A stretch of DNA of 64,000 nucleotides, from assembly GCA_017395555.1 (NCBI GenBank), contig JAFPUE010000074.1, positions 10,005 to 74,004 of the forward strand, given 5' to 3'. Position numbers and translations under genes: made by a program. Below are positions 19,225 through 28,959 of the stretch, in pieces (positions within the stretch are counted from its first letter, which is position 1; every line of letters starts with the position of its first letter). The stretch is from Ruminiclostridium sp. GTDB lineage: Bacteria; Bacillota; Clostridia; Oscillospirales; Ruminococcaceae. The notes under the pieces are model-generated. The model was not told the origin of the DNA. It ran no database searches and saw only the letters and a list, made by a program, of their open reading frames with translations.

Positions 19225-20448
19225 ATGTCATTCAATATAATCAACGAAGCGCGCCGCTGTCTTAACTGCAAGAACCCGTCCTGTCAGAAGGGCTGTCCGA
19301 TAAGCACGGCTATCCCCGATGTCATAAAGACGTTTCTTGACGGGGATATCGACAAGGCGGGCAATATGCTGTTCGAGAACAACCCGCTCAGCGTTATCTG
19401 CTCGCTTATCTGCAACCACGAAAACCAGTGCGAGGGGCATTGCGTCCTCGGCAAAAAGGGTGCTCCGGTGCATTTCAGCAACATCGAGCATTACATAAGT
19501 GACAATTATTTCGAGAAGCTCGATTTCAGCGACATCAAAAAGAACGGCATACGCGTCGGCGTTATCGGCGGCGGCCCCGCCGGCATCACGATAGCGATAC
19601 TTCTCGCGCGCAAGGGCTACGATATCACCATATTCGAGTCCCGCGAGAAGATAGGCGGAGTTCTCCGCTACGGCATACCCGAGTTCCGGCTCCCGAAGCG
19701 GCACATAGAGAGATACAAGAAGCTGCTCCTGTCGCTCGGCATAAAGATACGCCCGAACACCTCGATAGGCATTACGATCACCGTTGACGATATGTTCCGC
19801 GACGGTTATAAGGCGATATTTATAGGCACGGGCGTATGGAGACCGAACACCCTGCACATCAAGGGCGAGAGCCTCGGAAACGTGCATTTCGCGATAAACT
19901 ACCTGACAAATCCTGATGTGTTCACGCTCGGAGAAAGCCTGAACATCATCGGTGCCGGCAACTCCGCAATGGACGTAGCGCGTACCGCTCTGCGCCACGG
20001 CTGCAAGAAGGTCACCGTTTTCGCGCGCTCCGATCATCTGGCGGCGAGCATAACCGAGGTGGAATACGCCAAGTACGACGGCGTCGAGTTCGTAACGGGC
20101 GTTGAGCCGGTGGAGATCACCGACGAGGGAACGATATTCGTGAATGTCGAAAAGGACAGCGAGGGCAACAAACACCGCATAGAGGGCTCCGAAAAGCTCT
20201 ATCCCGCGTCCTCGACTATCATCGCCGTGTCTCAGGGTCCGCGCAACAGGATAGTTTCGTCCACAACGGGACTTGACATTACCGACAGGGGACTGCTGGT
20301 AACGAACACCTACGGAGCAACCACCCGTGACGGCATCTTCGCCGCCGGTGACGTTGTCCTCGGTGCAAGAACCGTCGTTGAGGCAGTCAACTACTCCAAG
20401 CAGGTAGCCGACGCCATGGATGACTACCTGCAGGGATTTAAGGAATAA
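19225..20448 (+). CDS. GltD/NfnB-like NAD(P)-dependent Fe-S flavoprotein oxidoreductase
   Basis: RCLNCKNPSCQKGCP, CSLIC..ENQCEGHC, GGGPAG, GGVLRYGIPEFRLP, GAGNSAMD, FAAGD. Confidence 0.85.
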   Translation: MSFNIINEARRCLNCKNPSCQKGCPISTAIPDVIKTFLDGDIDKAGNMLFENNPLSVICSLICNHENQCEGHCVLGKKGAPVHFSNIEHYISDNYFEKLDFSDIKKNGIRVGVIGGGPAGITIAILLARKGYDITIFESREKIGGVLRYGIPEFRLPKRHIERYKKLLLSLGIKIRPNTSIGITITVDDMFRDGYKAIFIGTGVWRPNTLHIKGESLGNVHFAINYLTNPDVFTLGESLNIIGAGNSAMDVARTALRHGCKKVTVFARSDHLAASITEVEYAKYDGVEFVTGVEPVEITDEGTIFVNVEKDSEGNKHRIEGSEKLYPASSTIIAVSQGPRNRIVSSTTGLDITDRGLLVTNTYGATTRDGIFAAGDVVLGARTVVEAVNYSKQVADAMDDYLQGFKE

Positions 20449-20826
20449 ATAGTGAAGAGTGAGATAATTTGCTTGACCGTCTTATCGCGGCATCGTGCCG
20501 CGTTTTGCGGTCAGGCTCAAAGCATCATGCTTTGACAGAAACGGCGCGCACACGCGCAGGATCATAATTGTCACTGAATGAGATAGTTTGTGCGTTTTTC
20601 GTTTTTTGTCATATTGACCGGATATGTACGCTCCGGCAGCCGATGTCATTATTGTGAATATCGGCACAGCGGCGCAAAGAAACGCGGAAATGCCGTAAAC
20701 AAGAGCTTTGCGGGCTGTATGGGCTGAAAATGCTGTTAATTTTTTGTCAATTAAAATCGGAGAAAAACCGTAAAATACATACAAAAATGTACCCGAAAAT
20801 TTGTGAAATATTTTTTGAAAAACTAA

Positions 20827-20895
20827 AAAATGTCCGGATTGTACATAAAAAAACTGAAATTTGACTTGCAAATCGTGCCGGAAATGGGGTAAAAT
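20827..20895 (+). promoter_or_regulatory. Promoter of the ABC/glycoside hydrolase operon with shared 21-bp motif
   Basis: AAAATGTCCGGATTGTACATA (20827-20847), 42 nt, then TAAAAT (20890-20895); TTGCAA at -35. Confidence 0.65.
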
Positions 20896-20963
20896 AAATA
20901 AAAGAATTGGGTGCGGTTAAAAGATTTTAGGTAAAAATCACTCCGGATAAAGGACTGATAACA

Positions 20964-21569
20964 ATGAATCTGTCTTTGAAGCAATACAGAAATATAGACC
21001 TTCTCATCATGCTTGTCATGCTTGCCGCCGCGGAGTTCCTGATAACCAAAGCCGCGACAGTGTGGTTTCCTTCCGAGCTTTACGTTCTTTCCCCCACAGT
21101 CGCCGTAATGTGCATCGTGATGATGCGGTGGGGACCGTTCGCCGCAGTCCACGCTGCGGGCGGAGGTCTGGCGCTTTGCATAGCGTCCGGCGCGAGCCCG
21201 GAACAATACGCGGTATATTGCGTCGGCAACTGTCTCGGACTTGCGGCGCTGCTGCTGTTCAAGACATGGGGCAAGGAAAAGATCAGAAACAGCATAGTTT
21301 ACACGATCCTGTTCACAGTCGCCGCCTTCTGCGCGGTGCAGACGGGACGCTGGACGGTGAGCCTGTTCTTCGGAGCGGAGCCGGGCAGCATCGTAAGACT
21401 GTTCGCGTCGGACTCCCTCTCGCTCGCATTCGACGTCATCACCGTGCTGATCGCGCGCAGGATCGACGGACTGTTCGAGGATCAGGTCTCGTACCTTGTG
21501 CGCACACAGTCCGAACGCAATAAGGAAAGCATCCCCGACGAGGGTGACACCGAATATAACGATATCTGA
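20964..21569 (+). CDS. Uncharacterised integral membrane protein (about 5-6 TM)
   Basis: AAGGA RBS; hydrophobic helices; first gene of the ABC operon. Confidence 0.75.
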   Translation: MNLSLKQYRNIDLLIMLVMLAAAEFLITKAATVWFPSELYVLSPTVAVMCIVMMRWGPFAAVHAAGGGLALCIASGASPEQYAVYCVGNCLGLAALLLFKTWGKEKIRNSIVYTILFTVAAFCAVQTGRWTVSLFFGAEPGSIVRLFASDSLSLAFDVITVLIARRIDGLFEDQVSYLVRTQSERNKESIPDEGDTEYNDI

Positions 21570-21607
21570 TATTGAAGGATATAACGGAATTTAAGGAGGT
21601 TTCAAAT

Positions 21608-22672
21608 ATGGCACTTAAAGCTGCCGACTACCTGATATTCGACGAGGAAAGCGGTACATATATCGAAAACCCCGAACAGGTCGTCAGAGATGATGTCGAA
21701 AAGCATCACTGGCTCAACGTTCTGCGAACGGTGCTCAAGGACTGGCGCCTGTATCTTATGCTCGTGCCGATGATACTCGTGTTCCTGTTCTGGCGATACT
21801 TCCCGATGTACGAGCTGCTGGGAAGCTTTAAGCTGACCGAGGACGCAAAGACAGTCGCGGAGCAGTATTACTCGGGCTTCTCGTATTTCAGAACGCTCAT
21901 CACCGGTCTCGGCAACACCGAGCTTTCGATGCAGTTCTGGCGCGCGTTCAGAAACACGTTCCTGCTGAGCTTCTACGGGCTTGTGTTCGGCTTCCCGGTA
22001 CCGATAGTTATCGCGCTGTTCTTCAATGAAGTGCGTTCCAACATCGCGCGCAGCATCTACCAGGTGCTCACATACCTCCCGAAGTTCATGTCAACGGTTG
22101 TTATGACATCGCTCGTAATAATGCTTGTAAAGCAGGGCTCCGACACCTCCGGTATGCAGCCGGGCGTTATCTCGCAGATGCTCGCGAATATGGGTATGAT
22201 ATCGAGCGAAACGGCGTACTCCGGTATGCTCAACGATCCGCAGTTCTTCCGGGCGATATACCAGATAAGCGGTATCTGGGAGAGCGCCGGATATGACAGT
22301 ATAGTATTCTTCGCCGCGATAATCGCTATCTCGCCCACGAGCTACGAGGCCGCGCAGATAGACGGTGCCGGCAAGATGTCGCAGATGAGATATGTAGTCC
22401 TCCCGTTCATTCTTTCCACAATAGTTATCATGCTCATAACGCGAATAGGTTCGCTGCTCAATATCGGCTATGAAAAAGTCCTGCTGCTCTACAACCCCAA
22501 CACCTATGTGACCGCCGACGTTGTATCGACGTTCGCGCAGAGAAACGGTATAGCCGGATCGCTGAAGGGTCTTGTGTCGGCGGCGGAAATGATGAACAAT
22601 GTTATCGGAATGCTGCTTGTGATCGGTGCAAACACAATTGCCAAAAAAGCGTCCGACACGTCACTTTATTAA
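21608..22672 (+). CDS. Carbohydrate ABC transporter permease (LplB-like)
   Basis: WRLYLMLVP, FRNT, YLPKFMS, EAA motif SYEAAQIDGAGK, GYEKVLLL; ATG after AAGGAGG. Confidence 0.92.
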   Translation: MALKAADYLIFDEESGTYIENPEQVVRDDVEKHHWLNVLRTVLKDWRLYLMLVPMILVFLFWRYFPMYELLGSFKLTEDAKTVAEQYYSGFSYFRTLITGLGNTELSMQFWRAFRNTFLLSFYGLVFGFPVPIVIALFFNEVRSNIARSIYQVLTYLPKFMSTVVMTSLVIMLVKQGSDTSGMQPGVISQMLANMGMISSETAYSGMLNDPQFFRAIYQISGIWESAGYDSIVFFAAIIAISPTSYEAAQIDGAGKMSQMRYVVLPFILSTIVIMLITRIGSLLNIGYEKVLLLYNPNTYVTADVVSTFAQRNGIAGSLKGLVSAAEMMNNVIGMLLVIGANTIAKKASDTSLY

Positions 22673-22684
22673 AGAGGTGGCTGT

Positions 22685-23581
22685 ATGAAAAGAAAACTTG
22701 AAATTTCGGAGCTTATTTTCAAGATAATAAGCTATATGCTGCTGACTATGTTCGCAGTCGGCTGCCTCTACCCGTTTATCTACACGATATCCTCCGCGAT
22801 AAGCGGATATGCCGAGGTAAGAGACTCGACGATCGTGCTGTTCCCGAAGAACGTCCAGTTCGACGCGTTCAAGGACGTATTCAACGACAACGTGTTCTGG
22901 AACGCATACACCAATACGCTGTTCCTTACATTCTACGGCACGATATTTGAGATGCTGCTCTCCATTCTCGGTGCCTACGCGCTTTCCAAGAAGCGCCTGC
23001 TCTTCCGCAAGGGCTTCAACTTCTTCTTAGTATTCACAATGTGGTTCAGCGCCGGCCTTGTACCGCAGTATTTGAACTACCTCGCCACAAAGCGTGTGTT
23101 CCAGGGCGTCGGCATCATGGACGACAAGTGGCTCGTAGTTATCGCAATGGGTATGCAGGCTATGAACATTATCCTGCTGCGCAACGCCTTCGAGGGTGTT
23201 CCGTCGGAGATCGAGGAAGCCGCGAGAGTTGACGGCGCAACGGAAATGCAGATACTCCGCAAGGTATATATGCCGATGAGCAAATCCATAATCGCGACAG
23301 TCGCGCTGTTCTTCGGAATATCGCGCTGGAACGGATACTTCTGGGCGAGACAGATGATCTCGAGCACCAACGAGCAGCCGCTTCAGGTTTACCTGAGACT
23401 GCGACTTGAGGAGTATTCCGATCCCGAGCTCACGACGAACTGGCAGCTCAGCCACAACTACGCACCGGATTCGGTCATCTACGCGCTTATCGTCTGCTCG
23501 ATAATCCCGCTCCTTGTGATCTATCCCTTCATTCAGAAGTACTTCGCCAAGGGCGTGAATGTCGGCGGCGTCAAGGAGTAA
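22685..23581 (+). CDS. Carbohydrate ABC transporter permease (LplC-like)
   Basis: CLYPF, AYALSK, EAA motif IEEAARVDGA, YPFIQKYFAKGVNVGGVKE. Confidence 0.93.
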   Translation: MKRKLEISELIFKIISYMLLTMFAVGCLYPFIYTISSAISGYAEVRDSTIVLFPKNVQFDAFKDVFNDNVFWNAYTNTLFLTFYGTIFEMLLSILGAYALSKKRLLFRKGFNFFLVFTMWFSAGLVPQYLNYLATKRVFQGVGIMDDKWLVVIAMGMQAMNIILLRNAFEGVPSEIEEAARVDGATEMQILRKVYMPMSKSIIATVALFFGISRWNGYFWARQMISSTNEQPLQVYLRLRLEEYSDPELTTNWQLSHNYAPDSVIYALIVCSIIPLLVIYPFIQKYFAKGVNVGGVKE

Positions 23582-23669
23582 ACAAACCGTTCAAGTTATC
23601 ACCCGCTTTAAGCGGACGATATATAACGAGTCTTTAATTCTGAGACTATATCCTAAAAGGAGGAAGAAA

Positions 23670-25895
23670 ATGAAGAAATCCAAACTTACGACATTGTTCA
23701 TTGCAGCGGCAATGGCGGCAACGTCAATTCTTTCCGGCTGCGGCGGAACACCCGCAACCACTACCGCAGGCACAACGGCAGCTCCCGGAACCGATGCTCC
23801 CGGCACAACGGCGGCCCCCGCGGAGACAACCACCGGAACTATTCCCGAAAAAGTTATTGAGGCAGAAGCTCTCACATACGCTGACGGCACAACGCTCCGT
23901 ATGGCGTGCGGCTACAACAACGACAAGACCGGTATGAGCTTTACCGCAGACCTCGCAGGTGAGGGAATCACTCTCGCGGACGGCAAGACATACCACACCG
24001 GCGACCTGAAGCCCACATGGCAGGCTGTTGAGAGCATTCTCAGCATCAAGATCGAGGACAAGTATCAGGGAAACAACGCTACCAACGAATATCAGTACTG
24101 GGATGCTCAGCTTGACCAGATAGATATGCTCAGCGGTACCGCAACCCTCCTTTCCGAGAACGGTCAGCAGGGCAAGCTCGTTAACCTCGCCGAACATCTG
24201 AATGAAATGCCTAACTTCAAGGCTTATCTCGAAGCTAACCCGATCGTCCGCCTCTCCATCACAGGTGCGGCGGCAGGCCCGAACGCAGGCGCTATCTACT
24301 TCTCGCCTTACTTCGACGGTGTTAACGATATCGAGCGTATGCCGCTTATGAGAACCGACTGGGTAGAGAAGCTGCTCAACGGCTCCGGCGAATTTACGGC
24401 AGACAAGTGCAACAACACAGCTACTCCCGCTTACACACCTTATATGCCCACTTCCGGCAAGGTTGAGATCGACGTTGTCAAGAAGGACGGCTCCGCAACA
24501 GAGACGATCACCAAGGATTACGACGCATACGGCAACATCGTTGATAAAATGAACGCTGCCGGCTCCATAGACGGCGTTACGGCAGTCAATATGCTCCGTG
24601 AGTACATCGACAAGACATACGACGGATACTACGGCGAAAACAGAGCAGACCTCTTCATCGGTCAGAACGCGGCATGGGACGCTGACGAGCTCGTAGCTCT
24701 TCTCCGCTGCGTAGTTGCCAACCCGCAGACACTCAACGGCACAGACAATGTTGAAGGCCTCCACACCCGTGAAGACAGCAACAACCAGAGACGTGTCGAT
24801 ATGTTCCGTTTCGCAGGCACACTCTTCGGTATCCGCGGCCTCGAGTCCAGACTTGACTTCCTCTATGTAGGCACAGACGGCGAGCTCCATGACGCTCGTA
24901 ACGAGGTTGAGACCTACAACGCTCTCGCAAAGATGAACGACATGGTAAAAGAGGGCATCATCTCCGCAGCTTTCGTTAACAACGAAGATGTAAAGACAGA
25001 AAAGTACCTCACAGATGACCTCGGCTTCATGCACTACGACTACAACCAGACACAGACAGCTTACAACGCAACAGCTCTTGACAACGCTGCAGGCGAAAAG
25101 TACATGGCAGTTATGGTTCCTGTTGCACGCTGGAACGACGGCACAGAAAGGTTCATGAGATTCACAGAGTCATGGCGTTCCGTTAAGACAGACGGTTGGG
25201 GAATCTCCGTTGCAGGTATCAACGGCAACACAGATAAGCTCAACGCTTGCCTCAAGCTCATCGACTACGCATACAGCAAGGACGGCATGATCCTCATGTC
25301 CTATGGTCCCGACGACTTCATCAAGGGTTCCGCAGGCAACTACGAGACATTCGATTTCAACGGCGAACAGTGGCCTCAGATCGCCGATGCTACATACCAG
25401 GAACTCTGGGATAAGTCCAACGGTAACTACACCAACTACGCTCGTAACTACATCGGTTCCACTCTGAGCTTCGTAAAGAGCCAGGCATTCGAGTATCAGT
25501 GCACACACGAAGTAGGTAAGGAAGGCGCAGGCTACATCTCCAAGGCTATCGCTCTCGGCACTATCAAGCACCCCGAGCTCGCACTTGCTTCCAACAGCTG
25601 GTACACCTCCGTTCCTACGGTCCTTCCTCAGGAAGTTGCTGAAACAAACGCTATCAACGAACTCACCAACCTGAGCGCTTCCGGTATGTTCGGCGGCGCC
25701 AAGGATCAGGTAAACCTGTTCGTTGACATCATCGCAAAGGGCTTCACAGGCGAAACGGGCGCAGACGCTGCAGCAACAGCGGATACAGTATCCAAGGCAG
25801 TTGCGGACGGCGGCTGGGGCGGCACAACATACCTCGCACGCAGAAACGAAGCATGGCACAGACTCCAGACATTCTATAAGACTATAAACGGCTAA
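23670..25895 (+). CDS. Very large (741 aa) ABC substrate-binding lipoprotein
   Basis: Lipobox LSGC after MKKSK signal; Thr/Ala/Pro linker; SBP-like GKLVNLAEHLNEMPNFKAYLEANP, MRTDWVEKL, GWGIS, LKLIDYAYS..G; follows the permeases. Confidence 0.85.
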   Translation: MKKSKLTTLFIAAAMAATSILSGCGGTPATTTAGTTAAPGTDAPGTTAAPAETTTGTIPEKVIEAEALTYADGTTLRMACGYNNDKTGMSFTADLAGEGITLADGKTYHTGDLKPTWQAVESILSIKIEDKYQGNNATNEYQYWDAQLDQIDMLSGTATLLSENGQQGKLVNLAEHLNEMPNFKAYLEANPIVRLSITGAAAGPNAGAIYFSPYFDGVNDIERMPLMRTDWVEKLLNGSGEFTADKCNNTATPAYTPYMPTSGKVEIDVVKKDGSATETITKDYDAYGNIVDKMNAAGSIDGVTAVNMLREYIDKTYDGYYGENRADLFIGQNAAWDADELVALLRCVVANPQTLNGTDNVEGLHTREDSNNQRRVDMFRFAGTLFGIRGLESRLDFLYVGTDGELHDARNEVETYNALAKMNDMVKEGIISAAFVNNEDVKTEKYLTDDLGFMHYDYNQTQTAYNATALDNAAGEKYMAVMVPVARWNDGTERFMRFTESWRSVKTDGWGISVAGINGNTDKLNACLKLIDYAYSKDGMILMSYGPDDFIKGSAGNYETFDFNGEQWPQIADATYQELWDKSNGNYTNYARNYIGSTLSFVKSQAFEYQCTHEVGKEGAGYISKAIALGTIKHPELALASNSWYTSVPTVLPQEVAETNAINELTNLSASGMFGGAKDQVNLFVDIIAKGFTGETGADAAATADTVSKAVADGGWGGTTYLARRNEAWHRLQTFYKTING

Positions 25896-25906
25896 AATTA
25901 TTTTCC

Positions 25907-26093
25907 CGATCCTTACGGTATCTGCCCGGCGGACCCGAATACGGGTCCGTGGCGGCAGTGCCGCGGACGGATCGTTGCTTCACCGATCTATTCTTAAATT
26001 CATAGTTCCTCTGACGATACCGGCTGTGCAAAGCCCCGGAAAACCCCGGCTTTGCGCCGGCGAGTATCGCGTAAGAGCAGATCGGTGAGGCAA
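25907..26093 (+). other. Two long intergenic stem-loops after the SBP gene
   Basis: Hairpin 1: CGATCC...CGGACCCG-AATA-CGGGTCCG...GGATCG (25907-25974). Hairpin 2: TTGCTTCACCGATCT...GCAAAGCC/GGCTTTGC...AGATCGGTGAGGCAA (25975-26093). No U-tract. Confidence 0.75.
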
Positions 26094-26139
26094 TGAAAGC
26101 AAACTTACCGTCCAATTTCTGTAATAAAGGAAGGTTGTT

Positions 26140-26736
26140 ATGTACAAGAAACAAATGATATTTCAGAAGATCGTATGTATGGCGGCTTTGATAATGGCTG
26201 TTCTTGTATTCGTCAGCTCTCTGGGATTTGCGACAGACCTGTACGATGTAATGAGCAAGGCTGTCGATTATCCGGGTACCGAATGGCAGTACGAGAAAGT
26301 ACCGGGCGCAACGGTGTACTACGACACCTTCGAGTTCAATTCGGCATACACAGGCGTATCCATAGTCCTTCTGATAATCACACTGCTCCTGTTCATTACA
26401 AATACACATTCGCGCCGCAAGTACTACATCGGCAACTACATAGCGACGGGTCTCGTGGCAGCGGCGCAGATCGCTTCGGCGGTATGGTGCGTACCGCAGA
26501 TACTGAGCTACAAATCGCAGTACCAGAACGAAGTCGATTTTGAAGCGCTCAAAGCGTTCTCAAAGGACTGGGGAACCTTATACAAGGGTCCCGACGAAAC
26601 ATTCTGGTTCGATCTGTGCTGTGTGATCTTCATACTGCTTATAATTACGTCTTTGCTGCTCGCCGCGAATGTATTCTTCAAGATCACGGTCATGAAAGCC
26701 GAACGCGAAGCGATAGGCAGAGGAAAGGGTGAGTGA
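26140..26736 (+). CDS. Uncharacterised membrane protein (about 4 TM)
   Basis: AAGGAAGG RBS; four hydrophobic segments; within the ABC operon. Confidence 0.78.
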   Translation: MYKKQMIFQKIVCMAALIMAVLVFVSSLGFATDLYDVMSKAVDYPGTEWQYEKVPGATVYYDTFEFNSAYTGVSIVLLIITLLLFITNTHSRRKYYIGNYIATGLVAAAQIASAVWCVPQILSYKSQYQNEVDFEALKAFSKDWGTLYKGPDETFWFDLCCVIFILLIITSLLLAANVFFKITVMKAEREAIGRGKGE

Positions 26737-27247
26737 TATGGCGAGTAAAGTTAAGACCTTGATAAAAAAGGATCGTCTGCGCTTTACAAAGAACAAGCTG
26801 TCAGCGGGCCTTATCCTCGCGGCGATCGCGATAAACGCGCTGTACTTTGTGAGCATATACAGATCCGATGTCGGAAGCTACTATTACAATCTGACGATAG
26901 GCGTTTCGATACTGTACAACCTCATTTTCATGCTGATCGCGTTCCTTTCCTCCGAGGGAGTCAAGAACTATAAAATAGGGTATGCCTATGCGGCGATAGT
27001 GCTCGGCATAGTGCAGATAGGACGTATCTTCGTACTTCCGTCGCAGGCGCACGCGGCACAGAACACGGTAGTCGGCAAGGAAGCGGAGACTGTGATGCTT
27101 GACGATCAGTTCGGATATGTGGCGATATGCCTGTGCTTATCCGCGGCGCTGCTCATCTGTGCCGGTGTTATCGGTATCATAAAAACAACAACTCTCAGAA
27201 ATTATCAGGCTGAGCTCGACAAGAAAAATGAGGGGAACAATCAATGA
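26729..27247 (+). CDS. Uncharacterised membrane protein (about 4 TM)
   Basis: Four hydrophobic segments; overlaps both neighbours; alternative ATG at 26738. Confidence 0.78.
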   Translation: MSDMASKVKTLIKKDRLRFTKNKLSAGLILAAIAINALYFVSIYRSDVGSYYYNLTIGVSILYNLIFMLIAFLSSEGVKNYKIGYAYAAIVLGIVQIGRIFVLPSQAHAAQNTVVGKEAETVMLDDQFGYVAICLCLSAALLICAGVIGIIKTTTLRNYQAELDKKNEGNNQ

Positions 27248-28302
27248 GTGGTCTTCAATTACAGCATCTCGAAAAGATCTATGATAATAATGTACAGGCT
27301 GTCTTTAACTTCAACCTCGATGTAAAGGACGGAGAGCTTATAGTTCTTGTCGGTCCGTCGGGCTGCGGGAAATCCACCACGCTGCGTATGGTAGCGGGAC
27401 TTGAGGATATAACAAAGGGCAAGCTCATCATCGACGGCAATGACGTTACGCAGACACCGCCGAAGGACCGCGATATCGCGATGGTTTTCCAGAACTACGC
27501 GCTTTACGGCCATATGACGGTGTATGAGAATATGGCATTCTCGCTTATGCTCCGCAAGGAGAGCAAGAACACGATACATCAGAAGGTAATGGCGGCGGCG
27601 GAGATACTCGATCTCACAAGCCAGCTCAACAAGAAGCCCGCGCAGCTTTCCGGCGGTCAGCGTCAGAGAGTCGCAATGGGACGCGCGATCGTGCGCACAC
27701 CGAAGGTTTTCCTGTTCGACGAACCGCTCTCGAACCTCGATGCCAAGCTGAGAAGCTCGACACGCCGCGAGATACTGCTGCTGCATCAGCGCCTGAACGC
27801 GACGATACTTTATGTAACGCACGATCAGACCGAGGCACTTACGCTGGCGGACAGAATAGTATGTATGTCAATGGGTCACGTTCAGCAGATCGGCACGCCG
27901 CTTGAGCTGTACGACGATCCCTCGAACCTGTTTGTTGCGGGATTTATCGGACTTCCTCCGATGAACTTCTTCGATGTTGAGCTACGCGCGGGTCAGGCGA
28001 TATGCAAGGATTTCACCGTCGATCTTACGCCGGAGGAGCAGAAGCTGCTCGGCTGGCACGAGGGCAAGACCGTCACAATGGGTGTACGTCCCGAGCATAT
28101 TGTTCCGGGCGGAACGATACCGGTGGATGTCATCTCGAACGAGAACCTGGGACAGAACACGCTGGTGAACGGCATGGTAGGAAAGCACAAGATAACGTGC
28201 AAATTCCGCGAATGGTGTACATACAAGTACGGCGATATAGTAAAGGTTTCCTTCACAAAGAAGCATTTCTTTGACCGGGAAACCACAAACTCTATAAGAT
28301 AA
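27244..28302 (+). CDS. Carbohydrate ABC transporter ATPase (MalK/MsmK family)
   Basis: Walker A GPSGCGKST, MVFQNYALY, LSGGQRQR, DEPLSNLD, YVTHDQ. Confidence 0.95.
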   Translation: MSGLQLQHLEKIYDNNVQAVFNFNLDVKDGELIVLVGPSGCGKSTTLRMVAGLEDITKGKLIIDGNDVTQTPPKDRDIAMVFQNYALYGHMTVYENMAFSLMLRKESKNTIHQKVMAAAEILDLTSQLNKKPAQLSGGQRQRVAMGRAIVRTPKVFLFDEPLSNLDAKLRSSTRREILLLHQRLNATILYVTHDQTEALTLADRIVCMSMGHVQQIGTPLELYDDPSNLFVAGFIGLPPMNFFDVELRAGQAICKDFTVDLTPEEQKLLGWHEGKTVTMGVRPEHIVPGGTIPVDVISNENLGQNTLVNGMVGKHKITCKFREWCTYKYGDIVKVSFTKKHFFDRETTNSIR

Positions 28303-28315
28303 GGGGGAAACGGCA

Positions 28316-28897
28316 ATGGCAGATCAGAAGACCGCGAACGGACAGAAGCGCGGTATCAAAGAGATCATACGAAAGTCTATGGTCTCGCTGAAGCGGACAC
28401 CTCACGTTATCCCTCTGGTATTCCTTGTTCTCGCGTTCCTAATCTATTCTCTCAACCTCTCGTCTATCGCGAATACAACAGCGAGGATCAACGGCGCGAA
28501 TATGGGTCAGTGCGAATTTGTCGCGATGCTTTTCTCCATACTCGCTTTCGTGGTATTTATCCGCACATTCCCGAGGCGCAAGCCCGCCAACAAGATAATG
28601 CTGGGACTGCTGTTCTTTATGCTGGCGCTGCTGGTGTTCGTGGACATCGTTTATCTGGTGCGCATCGTCACCGCCGTTACGCGCGCCGAGAACCCTATCG
28701 TAATAGATGAACAATCGGTATATATCAAGGTTTCGCAGGCTGTTGTGACAATGCACATCATCTTTGTCGGTGTGACCGCGGTGCTGCTCGGACTGCTTCC
28801 TTTCTATTCCAAGATCATCAGAAAGATCAATACATCTATCGAAGTCGAGGGCAACGAGGATATCGAAGCTATCGACATCTCCTACGACGAAGACTGA
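28316..28897 (+). CDS. Uncharacterised membrane protein (about 4 TM, acidic C-tail)
   Basis: AAGGGGG RBS; four hydrophobic segments. Confidence 0.75.
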   Translation: MADQKTANGQKRGIKEIIRKSMVSLKRTPHVIPLVFLVLAFLIYSLNLSSIANTTARINGANMGQCEFVAMLFSILAFVVFIRTFPRRKPANKIMLGLLFFMLALLVFVDIVYLVRIVTAVTRAENPIVIDEQSVYIKVSQAVVTMHIIFVGVTAVLLGLLPFYSKIIRKINTSIEVEGNEDIEAIDISYDED

Positions 28898-28959
28898 TAC
28901 CGAGGCTGTACGGCGTAAAAACCGTACAGCCCGTCTTACAGGACAGGGTTGGTTGAAAT

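Noticed and set aside
19225-20448. Calling this gene gltD (glutamate synthase small subunit)
   Set aside because: There is no large subunit nearby and the family includes many non-GOGAT enzymes, so no symbol is assigned.
20449-20963. Small ORFs or an sRNA in the 515-bp gap before the ABC operon
   Set aside because: The ORFs lack an RBS and coding-like composition. The region is accounted for by a hairpin after the oxidoreductase gene and an AT-rich promoter, with no positive evidence for an RNA gene.
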